DNA of 44,244 nt from Robiginitomaculum sp. GTDB lineage: Bacteria > Pseudomonadota > Alphaproteobacteria > Caulobacterales > Maricaulaceae. The stretch is from NCBI GenBank assembly GCA_002733735.2, contig NVWT02000006.1, positions 1 through 44,244 of the forward strand, written 5' to 3'. Both the position numbers and the translations under genes were made by a program. The notes beneath the pieces are model-generated. The model saw only the letters and a list, made by a program, of their open reading frames with translations. It ran no database searches and was not told the origin of the DNA. Positions 17,276 through 26,127 of the stretch are shown here, piece after piece (position 1 is the first letter of the stretch; each line of letters starts with the position of its first letter).

Positions 17276-17622
17276 GATTGTATTTGCGTGATGAGATAGG
17301 TGGCAATTTGATACCCGAAATAAGCAACGCGCCTTTGCCCTAGCCTCACAAATGGGAGTTTCCCTTTTAATCGAAGTTTTTTGAGCGTGGCCGGGTGAAG
17401 CCCGATAATTTTGGCCGCTTGCGCTTCGCTGTAGTGCCGGTAAAGCTGAAAACATTGATCCATAGCGATGGCTTGCAACAGGTTTTCGGGAGAAATATCG
17501 CCTTTCATAAGGGGTAAAGTTAATGCCCCTTGATAGTACTTGCTTTTTCTAAAAGCGTCACCGAATCTATCTTGAAGATACGGGCTTTCATGGTTTTGTG
17601 ATGCAAACTCACACAAAGTCAT
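17113..17622 (-). CDS. excisionase/AlpA-like HTH DNA-binding protein, with its 3' end overlapping the integrase start in another frame
   Basis: The HTH segment is YSEAQAAKIIGLHPATLKKLRLKGKLPFVRLGQRRVAYF. The start was chosen at Met 17622. The last roughly 54 codons overlap the integrase and look non-protein-like, so the true 3' end is uncertain. Confidence 0.5.
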   Translation of the reverse strand: MTLCEFASQNHESPYLQDRFGDAFRKSKYYQGALTLPLMKGDISPENLLQAIAMDQCFQLYRHYSEAQAAKIIGLHPATLKKLRLKGKLPFVRLGQRRVAYFGYQIATYLITQIQSCHVTQNANFNLETTGLASEADHRPTTALGSTNKIDGPTALHSVLRTMSKPKSA

Positions 17623-17726
17623 TTTCCTGCATTTTCTTTTGTTTATCAGTCCTAAAGGTATAAAATACACTTGCTTTTAGAAGAAGCGTTGGTCGGGCTT
17701 TTTCTTGTCTCTCTTACCTCATTCTC

Positions 17727-18485
17727 ATGACACGCCTTTACGGACAGCCTTGGAACAAAGGTCGCAATGTCGGGCCACGCCAAGCGCTAACGCCTGTAAA
17801 TGTACGGGCTGTAAAAAAGTATCTGGCTCAGCAAAAATCACCGCATGATTTGTGCCTATTTACAGTCGCCATTGATTCCATGCTCCGGGCTTCGGATTTG
17901 ATGCGCTTGCGCGTGAGTGATGTATCTTTTCCCAACGGGAATATCCGTAATAGCTTTCTATGGAGACAAAAGAAAACTTCCAATGGTGTTAATCCTGTGC
18001 TAACAGACTATACGCAAAGAGTGCTTAAAAGATGGGTCAATGCTAGTAATAAACTACCAAACCATTTTCTGTTCACTCGTGAAAAACCAATAGATGGAGA
18101 GCCTATCACCGTGGGATTTTATCGGAACTTGGTCAAAGACTGGGTAAAAGCCATTGGCTTACCGCCCCATGATTATAGCGCCCATTCACTCCGGCGCTCC
18201 AAAGCCATCTATATGTATGAGAGCGGTGTGGCCGTGGAAATTATTGGTCGTTTGCTAGGGCACAAAAGCCCTGCCTCTACGCTTCACTATTTGGGAATTG
18301 ATGACAATTCTGCCCGTGCGATTGCAAATGAATACGATATTTTCAAAATCTCATCAGTAAAAAAACCCGTACAAAACAGGCAATTTTCAGCCGCTGAAAT
18401 CAGTGATTTATGTGATCAAATCTGGGCGCAACTAGCCCCGAAACTCTCAGAATTATTTGACGAAACACCCAAAATAGGTAGATAA
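17727..18485 (+). CDS. small tyrosine recombinase (catalytic domain only)
   Basis: The 252-aa protein has LRASDLMRLR (Arg), HSLRRSKAIYM (H-x-x-R) and LLGHKSPASTLHYL (His...Tyr). It is divergent from the HTH/integrase genes. Confidence 0.8.
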   Translation: MTRLYGQPWNKGRNVGPRQALTPVNVRAVKKYLAQQKSPHDLCLFTVAIDSMLRASDLMRLRVSDVSFPNGNIRNSFLWRQKKTSNGVNPVLTDYTQRVLKRWVNASNKLPNHFLFTREKPIDGEPITVGFYRNLVKDWVKAIGLPPHDYSAHSLRRSKAIYMYESGVAVEIIGRLLGHKSPASTLHYLGIDDNSARAIANEYDIFKISSVKKPVQNRQFSAAEISDLCDQIWAQLAPKLSELFDETPKIGR

Positions 18486-18922
18486 TGATGATAACTAAAT
18501 ACAATATCATGGCAGAATGCAAAGAATCCGGTAACGGCAAAGGCAATTTCAAACTAGCCTTAGGAGCGCTCTTAGCAACCGTCGGTATGGGTTTGGCAAA
18601 TTGCAATAAGAGTTCCGCCGCCGAAGAACAAGCTAAAACTCCACCTGCTAAAGAACTAGTATTGGCTAACGCTGATGAAGCCAAAGATTTTGCAACTCTG
18701 TCATTAGAAGTCCAAAATAGTATTCGAGGAAAATACGACGAGTGCATTGAGGATGTTAAAGATTTTTCCAAAGAAGGTTCTGGTGGAAGCAAAGAGGTAG
18801 AGCAAATTCTTTTTGATGATGGTGCTGATGATTGTGATGGCATGCGTAAAAGTCATATCAGAACCGCAGTAGCACAAAAAAGTATTGAAGAAACGACCCG
18901 TAGTATTACCTCTGGCTCATAA
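18485..18922 (+). CDS. hypothetical protein, possible lipoprotein
   Basis: A TAATG 1-nt overlap joins it to the recombinase stop. A hydrophobic stretch ends in the lipobox-like GLANC. The rest is acidic with no recognised domain. Confidence 0.5.
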   Translation: MMITKYNIMAECKESGNGKGNFKLALGALLATVGMGLANCNKSSAAEEQAKTPPAKELVLANADEAKDFATLSLEVQNSIRGKYDECIEDVKDFSKEGSGGSKEVEQILFDDGADDCDGMRKSHIRTAVAQKSIEETTRSITSGS

Positions 18923-18929
18923 TTATTGA

Positions 18930-20441
18930 ATGACAGAAGAAAAAGCCAGCAGCTCATTACCGGAAGCCGAGGGCGAGACGCTTAATCGTGCACCGAAAAT
19001 GGTACGACCATTAGAAGCTGGTGAAGCCCAAGCCCAAACGGACGCGAATTTGGCAAAACAAAATCAAATCCATCAAGCGGAACAAACGGCTGAGAATGCA
19101 GATCGTGCAGGACAGATTGAAATGTTCATTTTCAAAAATGAATTACTAAATAATGAAGCTGTTTTTGGTGATAAACCATTAAATAATGAAACGATGGCCA
19201 TCGCGGTTCAGTTATTATTAGACGTAGAAAACAAAGCCCGTCAGGGAAATCCTAATTTTGATATTACAAAAGTATGGAACAGTGAAACGACCAAAAAATA
19301 TCTTGAACGTAAATACTCAAAGAAAGGGGACGAAAAGGTTGCTGACAATAGAGAAATCAAGGACACCTTATTCAAGGGTGCTGTCGCAGAAATCCGCGAA
19401 AACAATCCAGAGATTACAAATGTAGAGATTTGTGCCACATTACTCAAAGCACCAGATCAAATTCCTCCAACGGAAATCGCCAAACTTCAATCCTTCGTTC
19501 GTATCCAAGAACTAGCTGCCACGCCAGAGGATGCCGCTATCGTAACGGCCAAGATCAATAATTTGAATTTTGATAATGGTATCCCTGATCCAGTGCTGTT
19601 CGTACAAGGGCAGATTTTCAATGACCCCAACCTATCTGAGGCCAGTAAAGACGCTATTGCCACAGAGCTTAAAATCCCCCGTCCAACTTTGGTGACCGGA
19701 AGCGATATCAATAAGGCTATGGACGCGGTCGATGCTGAGGGCAATCCAAAGTACACCGAGAAAAATCCGTTGCAAATACGAGGCGGCGTTAATGCCTACG
19801 TCAAACCAGACGGTTCACGGGTTGCCCGCGTTGAAGTTCAGGGCGTGGGTATTCGCGAAATTCCGTGGGAACGCAATGAACGTGGTGAGTATATCGGCCT
19901 CAAACTCTCTATGCTCAAAATCTGGGCGGTGAACGAACAGCGTGGAAACACGGACTTCTTTGGCGAAACCGTCAATATCGACAATCAAATACTGAGCCAA
20001 ACCGACCCGGAAAAACTACGCAAAACCCAACAAATCATGGAGGCCTTGCTAGGTGGTGATGCGGGCTATGACGGTGAAGTCATCACCGATGAACAGGCTG
20101 AATTTGTCAGTTGGTTCGCTCAATATGTCAGCACCAAAGGCGATGCCGCCGAGGGTGACTTTGATAAACAGGCGGCTATTGAAAACCGAACTAATCTAGG
20201 GATACATCCTAATGGTGATATCACACAGATCGATTATGAAGTCATGCGCGAAGCCGGATCATTTGCACAAGGACAATACGGAACAGGTTCACCGGATTAT
20301 CCAGCCCTGCAAAAGCATCTACACGAGATGTTCCCAGAAAAAAATATTCCACTGACGGGTGAAAATAAACAGTACGACCCTATGGCTGATTTTGAAGAAA
20401 TCACCGAGTTTGTAGACGATACTTATCAAGCGAGTAAGTAA
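18930..20441 (+). CDS. hypothetical protein (503 aa, acidic C-terminus)
   Basis: This long ORF has ordinary composition and sits 7 nt after the previous gene. No motif was recognised. Confidence 0.6.
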   Translation: MTEEKASSSLPEAEGETLNRAPKMVRPLEAGEAQAQTDANLAKQNQIHQAEQTAENADRAGQIEMFIFKNELLNNEAVFGDKPLNNETMAIAVQLLLDVENKARQGNPNFDITKVWNSETTKKYLERKYSKKGDEKVADNREIKDTLFKGAVAEIRENNPEITNVEICATLLKAPDQIPPTEIAKLQSFVRIQELAATPEDAAIVTAKINNLNFDNGIPDPVLFVQGQIFNDPNLSEASKDAIATELKIPRPTLVTGSDINKAMDAVDAEGNPKYTEKNPLQIRGGVNAYVKPDGSRVARVEVQGVGIREIPWERNERGEYIGLKLSMLKIWAVNEQRGNTDFFGETVNIDNQILSQTDPEKLRKTQQIMEALLGGDAGYDGEVITDEQAEFVSWFAQYVSTKGDAAEGDFDKQAAIENRTNLGIHPNGDITQIDYEVMREAGSFAQGQYGTGSPDYPALQKHLHEMFPEKNIPLTGENKQYDPMADFEEITEFVDDTYQASK

Positions 20442-20486
20442 GTTTGTTTGGCCACGGAACGAAGCTGAGTATCATGTAGCCAACAC

Positions 20487-21317
20487 ATGCAACTCTATAT
20501 CAACGATGACAAACAGGTGGTGCTCAAAAGCGATAACACGGATATTCACACCATTATTGATGATGTCCTGCCGCCAGTTCTCAAAGGCAAGCGGGTGAAG
20601 AGTGAGGATATCGAAGAATTTTTTTACCGCTTACATATCGCTTTGGCTCCACCGGGGCTTTTTGATGGTGTCAATAACGCTACTAAAGACAGTCCAGCCA
20701 ATGTCACTATTCCACCCATTGATGAGGGGCATTATTTTTTACTGGAAAACGGGGTATTTCAACACGAGCGGGTGCGAGACTTGGTGAAAGCAGTGGCTAT
20801 GCGCTGGCACAAACCACCGCCACCCGGATTTATATGGAATATCATCACCAGACCAGATGATTACGGACAGTTAGAGCCTATTTTGGAGAGGCTGGATATT
20901 CCTGAACCGCAGTCTGATATGCTGGACTTCGTAAATATCATGATGCCGCCAGAATACCAAAACGGCAAAGCCATGACCTCGGAAAATGCTGATGAAATGG
21001 TGCAAGTCATAATGCGCTGGGTGTTACGAGAACCACCCGCTAATGCCAAGGAAGCCGATAAAGCGATCATGAAGCGTGATCTGATGGATTTGGGCTTACG
21101 CGGTATTACAGGAGAACTGGACAAACGTCGTGCCAAATTAGCCGCCCAATATATCTGGAGTGCCGATGCGGGTGAGCCGAGTTACGCCAAGCTTAAAATT
21201 TGGCTTAATGCCCAAGATTCCAAAGACATGAAAACCGCTCAGGCCAAAACCAAAACGGCGCAGAAGAAAAAGAAAATGCAGAGGAAACAGAGGAAATTGG
21301 GAAGGAAAAGGCGGTGA
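20487..21317 (+). CDS. hypothetical protein with a Lys/Arg-rich C-terminal tail
   Basis: This is a 276-aa ORF. The C-terminus is KTKTAQKKKKMQRKQRKLGRKRR. No recognised domain. Confidence 0.55.
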   Translation: MQLYINDDKQVVLKSDNTDIHTIIDDVLPPVLKGKRVKSEDIEEFFYRLHIALAPPGLFDGVNNATKDSPANVTIPPIDEGHYFLLENGVFQHERVRDLVKAVAMRWHKPPPPGFIWNIITRPDDYGQLEPILERLDIPEPQSDMLDFVNIMMPPEYQNGKAMTSENADEMVQVIMRWVLREPPANAKEADKAIMKRDLMDLGLRGITGELDKRRAKLAAQYIWSADAGEPSYAKLKIWLNAQDSKDMKTAQAKTKTAQKKKKMQRKQRKLGRKRR

Positions 21318-21357
21318 TAGTCTCATGACGCACTCGGAAATGGTGGAGCGTTCTTTC

Positions 21358-21729
21358 TTAACGGCCTTGAGTTTGGAGAATTTCTTCAACTTTTGCAGCC
21401 GATCTTTCCTCAATGGCAGCTACACTTGCAGCCGATCGTTCCTCAATAGCAGCTACATTTACAGCCGATCTTTCCTCAATAGCCGCAACACTTGCAACAG
21501 TGCTATCCTTAATAGCTGCGATCTTTGCGTCCACGTCCGCATTAGAAATCACCACCACAGCAGCAGCTATGCCCAGCGTTCCAAGAAGAGTCCCTATCAC
21601 CCATTTTATGTTCTTGCTCTCAGAACGAGCCAACAATGCCTCAAATTCACTTTGCCGCATCTCATTGGCTGCTTCAAATTTGTTCAGAATATTTTCCGGC
21701 GGGTTTTCTTTCATTTTTACATACTCCAA
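21358..21729 (-). CDS. small membrane protein with 11-aa tandem repeats (VAAIEERSA-type)
   Basis: It has a central TM segment (WVIGTLLGTLGIAAAVVVI) followed by three to four 11-residue repeats encoded by 33-bp DNA repeats. Plus-strand ORFs over the same DNA are Cys/Phe/Ser-rich and unprotein-like. The start could be Met 21714. Confidence 0.55.
   Translation of the reverse strand: MEYVKMKENPPENILNKFEAANEMRQSEFEALLARSESKNIKWVIGTLLGTLGIAAAVVVISNADVDAKIAAIKDSTVASVAAIEERSAVNVAAIEERSAASVAAIEERSAAKVEEILQTQGR
21395..21526. repeat. 33-bp tandem repeat, three good units plus one degenerate unit
   Basis: The units are 21395-21427, 21428-21460, 21461-21493 and 21494-21526 (degenerate). The consensus is GCAGCCGATCTTTCCTCAATAGCAGCTACACTT. 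Confidence 0.85.
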
Positions 21730-21871
21730 TTTAATGCTAAAAATTGCTTAGTCAAAACTAACGCAGCGGAAGTTGGGACGAAAGCGGTGATAGTCTACAG
21801 TCAGCATTTTTATACCCGGTTGATTTATTGTCGATAGTCGAGCAATATTTGACCATACTTGGGAGATAAAG

Positions 21872-22327
21872 GTGTCAGCAAATACATTTAGTGAAAAGCT
21901 TGAAGAGAAGTACGGTCTAACAACCTATGAAGTGCAAGACATAATGCGTTATATGAAAATTCTTTGTCAGGAATTTGTCTATTTGGCACAGCGGTACAAA
22001 ACTGAATATTTAGTGGAACTCAAAGAAGCTTCAGGGCAGCTTCACAATTTCAAACAGGAAAAGAGCTTTTTTAAGAAAGCCTCGAGTCTCGTAAGAAGCC
22101 GACTAAGACCTTCTACCAAACAGCTCAAGGAGCAATACAAAAAAACACTAAAAGCAAAAAACATGTTGGTTGAGGCACTTGATGCTCACAAAATTCAAGG
22201 TGATTACAAACGGACAATCACTGAAATATTAGAATTAATGGCCGCTAGTCATCAATTGTATGATAAAGATCATACGATCACCGGAAGGCGGGCGTTTGAA
22301 ACAATGTCAGAATCAAATATTGGATAA
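21872..22327 (+). CDS. hypothetical protein (GTG start)
   Basis: The 151-aa ORF is preceded by GGGAGATAAAG. It is helical and Lys-rich, with no recognised domain. Confidence 0.5.
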   Translation: MSANTFSEKLEEKYGLTTYEVQDIMRYMKILCQEFVYLAQRYKTEYLVELKEASGQLHNFKQEKSFFKKASSLVRSRLRPSTKQLKEQYKKTLKAKNMLVEALDAHKIQGDYKRTITEILELMAASHQLYDKDHTITGRRAFETMSESNIG

Positions 22328-22332
22328 TTAAA

Positions 22333-22716
22333 ATGGCAGATTTCAGGTCTCATGAAGAAAAAAGAAACGATCAAATCCGGCAAGCTCAAGCGGAGCAAAA
22401 CCAAGAAACTGATGCTCGCCAAGCTCTCAGACGCTTGGAACCACAAATAGATGAATACAAAAATGAAGTTGCCGAGTTAAAAGCTGAAAATGCGGCAATC
22501 ATGGAAACCCTTCAAGCCCAAATCAAGGGCGTGCAAGAAACTAAAACTATGCTACTGGACCGGCTGGACAGCTTATCTCAAGACGTAGATCAACTGCACA
22601 AGAAAATAATGTCCGTTGCTGAAAATGACCTGCAAATGGTTCAGCAAATGAGTGATAGCCAAACGGCCCGATTAGAAAAACTTTCCATGCTGATCAGTGG
22701 TCGGGATGATGACTGA
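22333..22716 (+). CDS. hypothetical coiled-coil protein
   Basis: The 127-aa protein is Gln/Glu/Lys-rich with heptad-like periodicity. It sits 5 nt after the previous ORF. Confidence 0.5.
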   Translation: MADFRSHEEKRNDQIRQAQAEQNQETDARQALRRLEPQIDEYKNEVAELKAENAAIMETLQAQIKGVQETKTMLLDRLDSLSQDVDQLHKKIMSVAENDLQMVQQMSDSQTARLEKLSMLISGRDDD

Positions 22717-23269
22717 TTCAACCGAGCTGCAAAAACGTCATGAAAATACCTTGGAGAGGATTGAGCGTAGCGCAGAACTCATCCGTCAAAGGCAAACCGA
22801 GGGCCACCAGATAAAAGAGCGGCAAAGCGCCCAAATCGCGATGATTGAGGGCTCAAACGCCAGAGAACTCTTGGAGCTTCAGCATGAACTCAATAAAGAG
22901 AATCGGCTGTTTGACCACCAGTTTGCCCTAGCGGAAGATGCGAGAGAATTAGAACGCGAAGCGTGTGAAATTCTGCTCCGTCGCCGGGATGATTTTATTC
23001 GACACCATTGGGAAAAAGACAAGGAAATTTTAGCGCTAGAACTAAGAGTGATCGAGAAAATGATTGAGGGGCGATCCAAGCAAAAACTTTCAAAACAAGA
23101 ACACAGTCAGGCCAAAGATATGGCCAGCCATCAAACCAAGTTAGAAAAAGAATTGTTTGCCTACAAAGAGAAGTTTGCGACGGAACTAAAAGCCAGAACC
23201 AATCAGATGGAAGCGGCAGAAGTATCAGATCATTTGGATAAAATGTTCAAAGACGGAAAATTGGACTAG
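22706..23269 (+). CDS. hypothetical coiled-coil protein
   Basis: I prefer the ATG at 22706 (ATGATGACTGA overlap with the previous stop) over the GTG at 22697. The protein is Glu/Arg/Lys-rich and helical. Confidence 0.5.
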   Translation: MMTDSTELQKRHENTLERIERSAELIRQRQTEGHQIKERQSAQIAMIEGSNARELLELQHELNKENRLFDHQFALAEDARELEREACEILLRRRDDFIRHHWEKDKEILALELRVIEKMIEGRSKQKLSKQEHSQAKDMASHQTKLEKELFAYKEKFATELKARTNQMEAAEVSDHLDKMFKDGKLD

Positions 23270-23527
23270 GCGGCGCACTCCCCCAGCTAGGTAATTGTCC
23301 TCCCGCCGGACCGAACCACGATCAAAAAGGGATTGAGTTGAATTTCTGACGATTGAGGGAGCCCAAGCTCACGAAAGAGGAAGGTATTCAAGAAAGACCC
23401 TTTTTGTAAGGGGAACCGAATTGATAACGCCTGCTTAACCCTTTGTTTTATTGACGTATTTCCCCACCTATAGACAATGTTTAATACAAGGCTGGAAAAA
23501 GGGTAAAAAATCGCCCAATATCAGTCC

Positions 23528-25291
23528 ATGGAAATTTATGATTCATTTCATCAGGTACTCAATGATTGGCTGCAAGAGCCCCTCACTCCCAAGACAAATG
23601 GCGACATAAAAATTGGTGAAATGCAGCTCAAAGAAAACCCGGCTTTAGTGCTGGAATTGAGTGAGAAATTGGAAAGAGTGGAGGGGTGGTTGACGTTCAC
23701 CGCTTTCCAGAAATTGTTTCAGAGCAAACTCCAGAAACCCATTCCCCCACAAGAAACTGATCCGATATTTGACCCTTCAAATATCAAATACGAATCTCCT
23801 AACCAACGCCAAATAGCCGTTAGCTACCGGTACAAAAAAGCCCTACAAGAATATGAAAAACGATACGCTCGCTATACGCAAATTTCGGAGGAATCACGCA
23901 CTATTGTTTCGAATTATCGAGCTGACATTGGCGGGTATCTGGAATTTGTTGAGACTACCCTTTCATCTGCTGCACCAGTTAATTCAGGCTCGTTTTTTTT
24001 TGAACCTTGGCCAGTAAATATTCATGAAGCCGCTCGCAAAAGGCATACCTTTCTTACCGGCGGAACTGGTTCTGGAAAAAGCGAAGCCTTGAAACTTTTG
24101 ATCCGACATTACGAAACCAAACAGACCGATACCGCCTTGGTCATTCTGGACCCACATGGAAAGTTGGCCCACGATGTGGCCTTGTTTGCGGAGCATCAGC
24201 ACAATGACCGTCTGGTTTATATTGACCCCAATTTATCTTCCCAGCATACCCCGGTACTGAATGCCTTTGAGGTGTCAGATAAAAGCGTTTCCAGTCTGGA
24301 AACCCAGAGTGCCCAGTTGATGGCGGCAATGGAGCAGGTGCTGGCCGGTTTCACGCTCAATATGGAAAGTCTGCTCTTGCCCTGCCTAACTGTTTTGCTC
24401 CACCGTGATGGTTCTGATTTGTCCGATCTGGTTCGGTTTATGGACAAGGGCCGCAATCGCGATCTGGTAAATTATGGTATCCAGCATCTACCGTTTGATG
24501 AGCACCGGATATTTTTTGAAACTCAATTTTTCTCCCAGCATTTCGATAGTACGAAAGAGGCACTTAGAAACCGGTTCCAATCACTCATTAATATCCCCAC
24601 CATCAAACAATTTACCTGCGGTTCATCCACCTTTGATCTGGAAAGCCTCATCGATCAAAAGAAAATTATTGTTTTCAATCTTTCTATCTCCGGGGCCGCA
24701 AAAAATTCAACCCGGGTGATCGGTCAATTTATTACGGCACTCGTGCAAAGCTACGCCATGCGCCGAGAGCAAAACCAAAATAATCCTAAAACGCCCATTC
24801 ATTTTTTTGCTGATGAATGCCAGTATTTTGTGTCTCGAACGACCGATGATATTTTGGGCGAAAGCCGTAAGTACGGCCTATTTCTCACCTTGGCGACCCA
24901 GCGAACCGAGCAAGTTGGCGGTCGAACGCTAGACGCTATTCTGGGAAATGCGGGTTTATTTTTAGTCGGAAAAAACCGGGGCAAAACGGTTTCAAAAATG
25001 AGTAAAGAACTGGATATCGAACCAAATGATATTCGCTCGCTTCCTACCGGCAGCTTTTATTTGAGCCAATCCGGGCGAACTTGCATTCGGACCAAATTGC
25101 CACTTGTCGGGCAAAAATATGCGATGAAAGCCAAAGATTGGGAAAAGGTCAGGCAGGAGCAACTTGACCGCTATTATCGCCAGACCAATAAAGTTACCCG
25201 CCAACATTCTTCTGGAAAAGCTGCCTCTACAAACGCGCCAAAACCCAAATTGTCGTTTCCTGAAATGCCACCGATAAAGCCAAAAACATGA
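23528..25291 (+). CDS. TraD/VirD4/FtsK-HerA-like P-loop ATPase (coupling-protein-like)
   Basis: Walker A is FLTGGTGSGKSEAL. It also has VILDPHG, a Walker B-like IHFFADECQYF, and TLATQRTEQV. No N-terminal TM segments are seen. Confidence 0.6.
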   Translation: MEIYDSFHQVLNDWLQEPLTPKTNGDIKIGEMQLKENPALVLELSEKLERVEGWLTFTAFQKLFQSKLQKPIPPQETDPIFDPSNIKYESPNQRQIAVSYRYKKALQEYEKRYARYTQISEESRTIVSNYRADIGGYLEFVETTLSSAAPVNSGSFFFEPWPVNIHEAARKRHTFLTGGTGSGKSEALKLLIRHYETKQTDTALVILDPHGKLAHDVALFAEHQHNDRLVYIDPNLSSQHTPVLNAFEVSDKSVSSLETQSAQLMAAMEQVLAGFTLNMESLLLPCLTVLLHRDGSDLSDLVRFMDKGRNRDLVNYGIQHLPFDEHRIFFETQFFSQHFDSTKEALRNRFQSLINIPTIKQFTCGSSTFDLESLIDQKKIIVFNLSISGAAKNSTRVIGQFITALVQSYAMRREQNQNNPKTPIHFFADECQYFVSRTTDDILGESRKYGLFLTLATQRTEQVGGRTLDAILGNAGLFLVGKNRGKTVSKMSKELDIEPNDIRSLPTGSFYLSQSGRTCIRTKLPLVGQKYAMKAKDWEKVRQEQLDRYYRQTNKVTRQHSSGKAASTNAPKPKLSFPEMPPIKPKT

Positions 25292-26127
25292 GTTTCACTG
25301 CCCTGCCCGAAAACCCACTAAGAGCTTTGGAAGCGTTGGCGATATATCGCTACCTTACGGCCAAACAGTTGGTGGCCTTGGGTATTGCCGCCAGCCCAAC
25401 CGTGGCCAGAGATCACGTAGTTCGCCATCTGAAACGGGGGCGCTCACCACTCATTAAAACGCATGATTTTGGGCGTTGGCCTGCTTATGGTCGCTTGCCA
25501 CATATTCACTACCTGACCGCCAAGGGAGCCAGTTGCCTGTGCGAATATAAAGGCTTGCCGGAAAACTCTATCCGTTACCCTAAAGGAGGCGTGCAATTCA
25601 CCCGTGACATATTTCACCGGATGGCCCTCATTGACAGTCACATAGCTTTGCGAAATTGGGTCCACAACAATGATTTTACGGTTGATTTCTCTTACCAGTA
25701 TTTTGACAAGACGGGCTCACTCCAAGGTCAATTTTGTGACACTAGACTTGATCTGGATGGTGGCGATTTCATTGAGCCGGACGGTCTGTTTTGTCTCAGC
25801 AAAGAATCCTTCAAACTTCCCATATCTTTGGAAGTGCATCGCTATCCCGACACGGGCCGGATCGCGGAGCAATTACAAAAAAACGCCTTTGCGATCCATT
25901 CTCAATCCATGGCCAGCAAATATGATCTAGGGGTCAACAACATCGTGCTTTCGGTACACGAACAGGCAACCACCATGAAGGCTGTGCAAAAGCGATTATT
26001 AGAAGCCCCCGGATTTGATGCGTACTTGCCCGGATTCCTCTTCAATACGCTGGCACAAGTAAAAGATGATTTCTCGACAGGCTGGACGTTTGCAGACGGC
26101 ACGCCAGCTCCACATTTCAAGGGTTGA
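25288..26127 (+). CDS. replication-relaxation-family-like protein
   Basis: It has a 4-nt overlap with the ATPase gene. The N-terminal winged-helix-like pattern is LRALEALAIYRYLTAKQLVALG...HYLTAKGA, as in Replic_Relax proteins that pair with TraD/FtsK-like ATPases. Confidence 0.5.
   Translation: MSFTALPENPLRALEALAIYRYLTAKQLVALGIAASPTVARDHVVRHLKRGRSPLIKTHDFGRWPAYGRLPHIHYLTAKGASCLCEYKGLPENSIRYPKGGVQFTRDIFHRMALIDSHIALRNWVHNNDFTVDFSYQYFDKTGSLQGQFCDTRLDLDGGDFIEPDGLFCLSKESFKLPISLEVHRYPDTGRIAEQLQKNAFAIHSQSMASKYDLGVNNIVLSVHEQATTMKAVQKRLLEAPGFDAYLPGFLFNTLAQVKDDFSTGWTFADGTPAPHFKG
26090..26127 (+). repeat. 38-nt imperfect direct repeat, copy 1 (3' end of the replication-relaxation-like gene)
   Basis: TTGCAGACGGCACGCCAGCTCCACATTTCAAGGGTTGA matches 26471-26508 at 33 of 38 positions. 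Confidence 0.8.

Noticed and set aside
16133-17455. Long form of the integrase ORF (440 aa), and the alternative that the HTH ORF is a frameshifted N-terminal extension of the integrase
   Set aside because: The first 60 codons of the long form (…SASGQNYRASPGHAQKTSIK…) look non-coding and overlap the HTH gene. The integrase-like sequence begins at Met 17275. The HTH and integrase read as two separate, typical Xis/AlpA-like and Int proteins.
21325-21837. Plus-strand ORFs 21325..21837 and 21413..21751 over the 33-bp repeat region
   Set aside because: Their translations (SRSFLNS repeats, Cys/Phe/His-rich) are implausible. The minus-strand ORF gives a TM helix plus regular Ala/Glu-rich repeats. 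The strand choice remains unproven.
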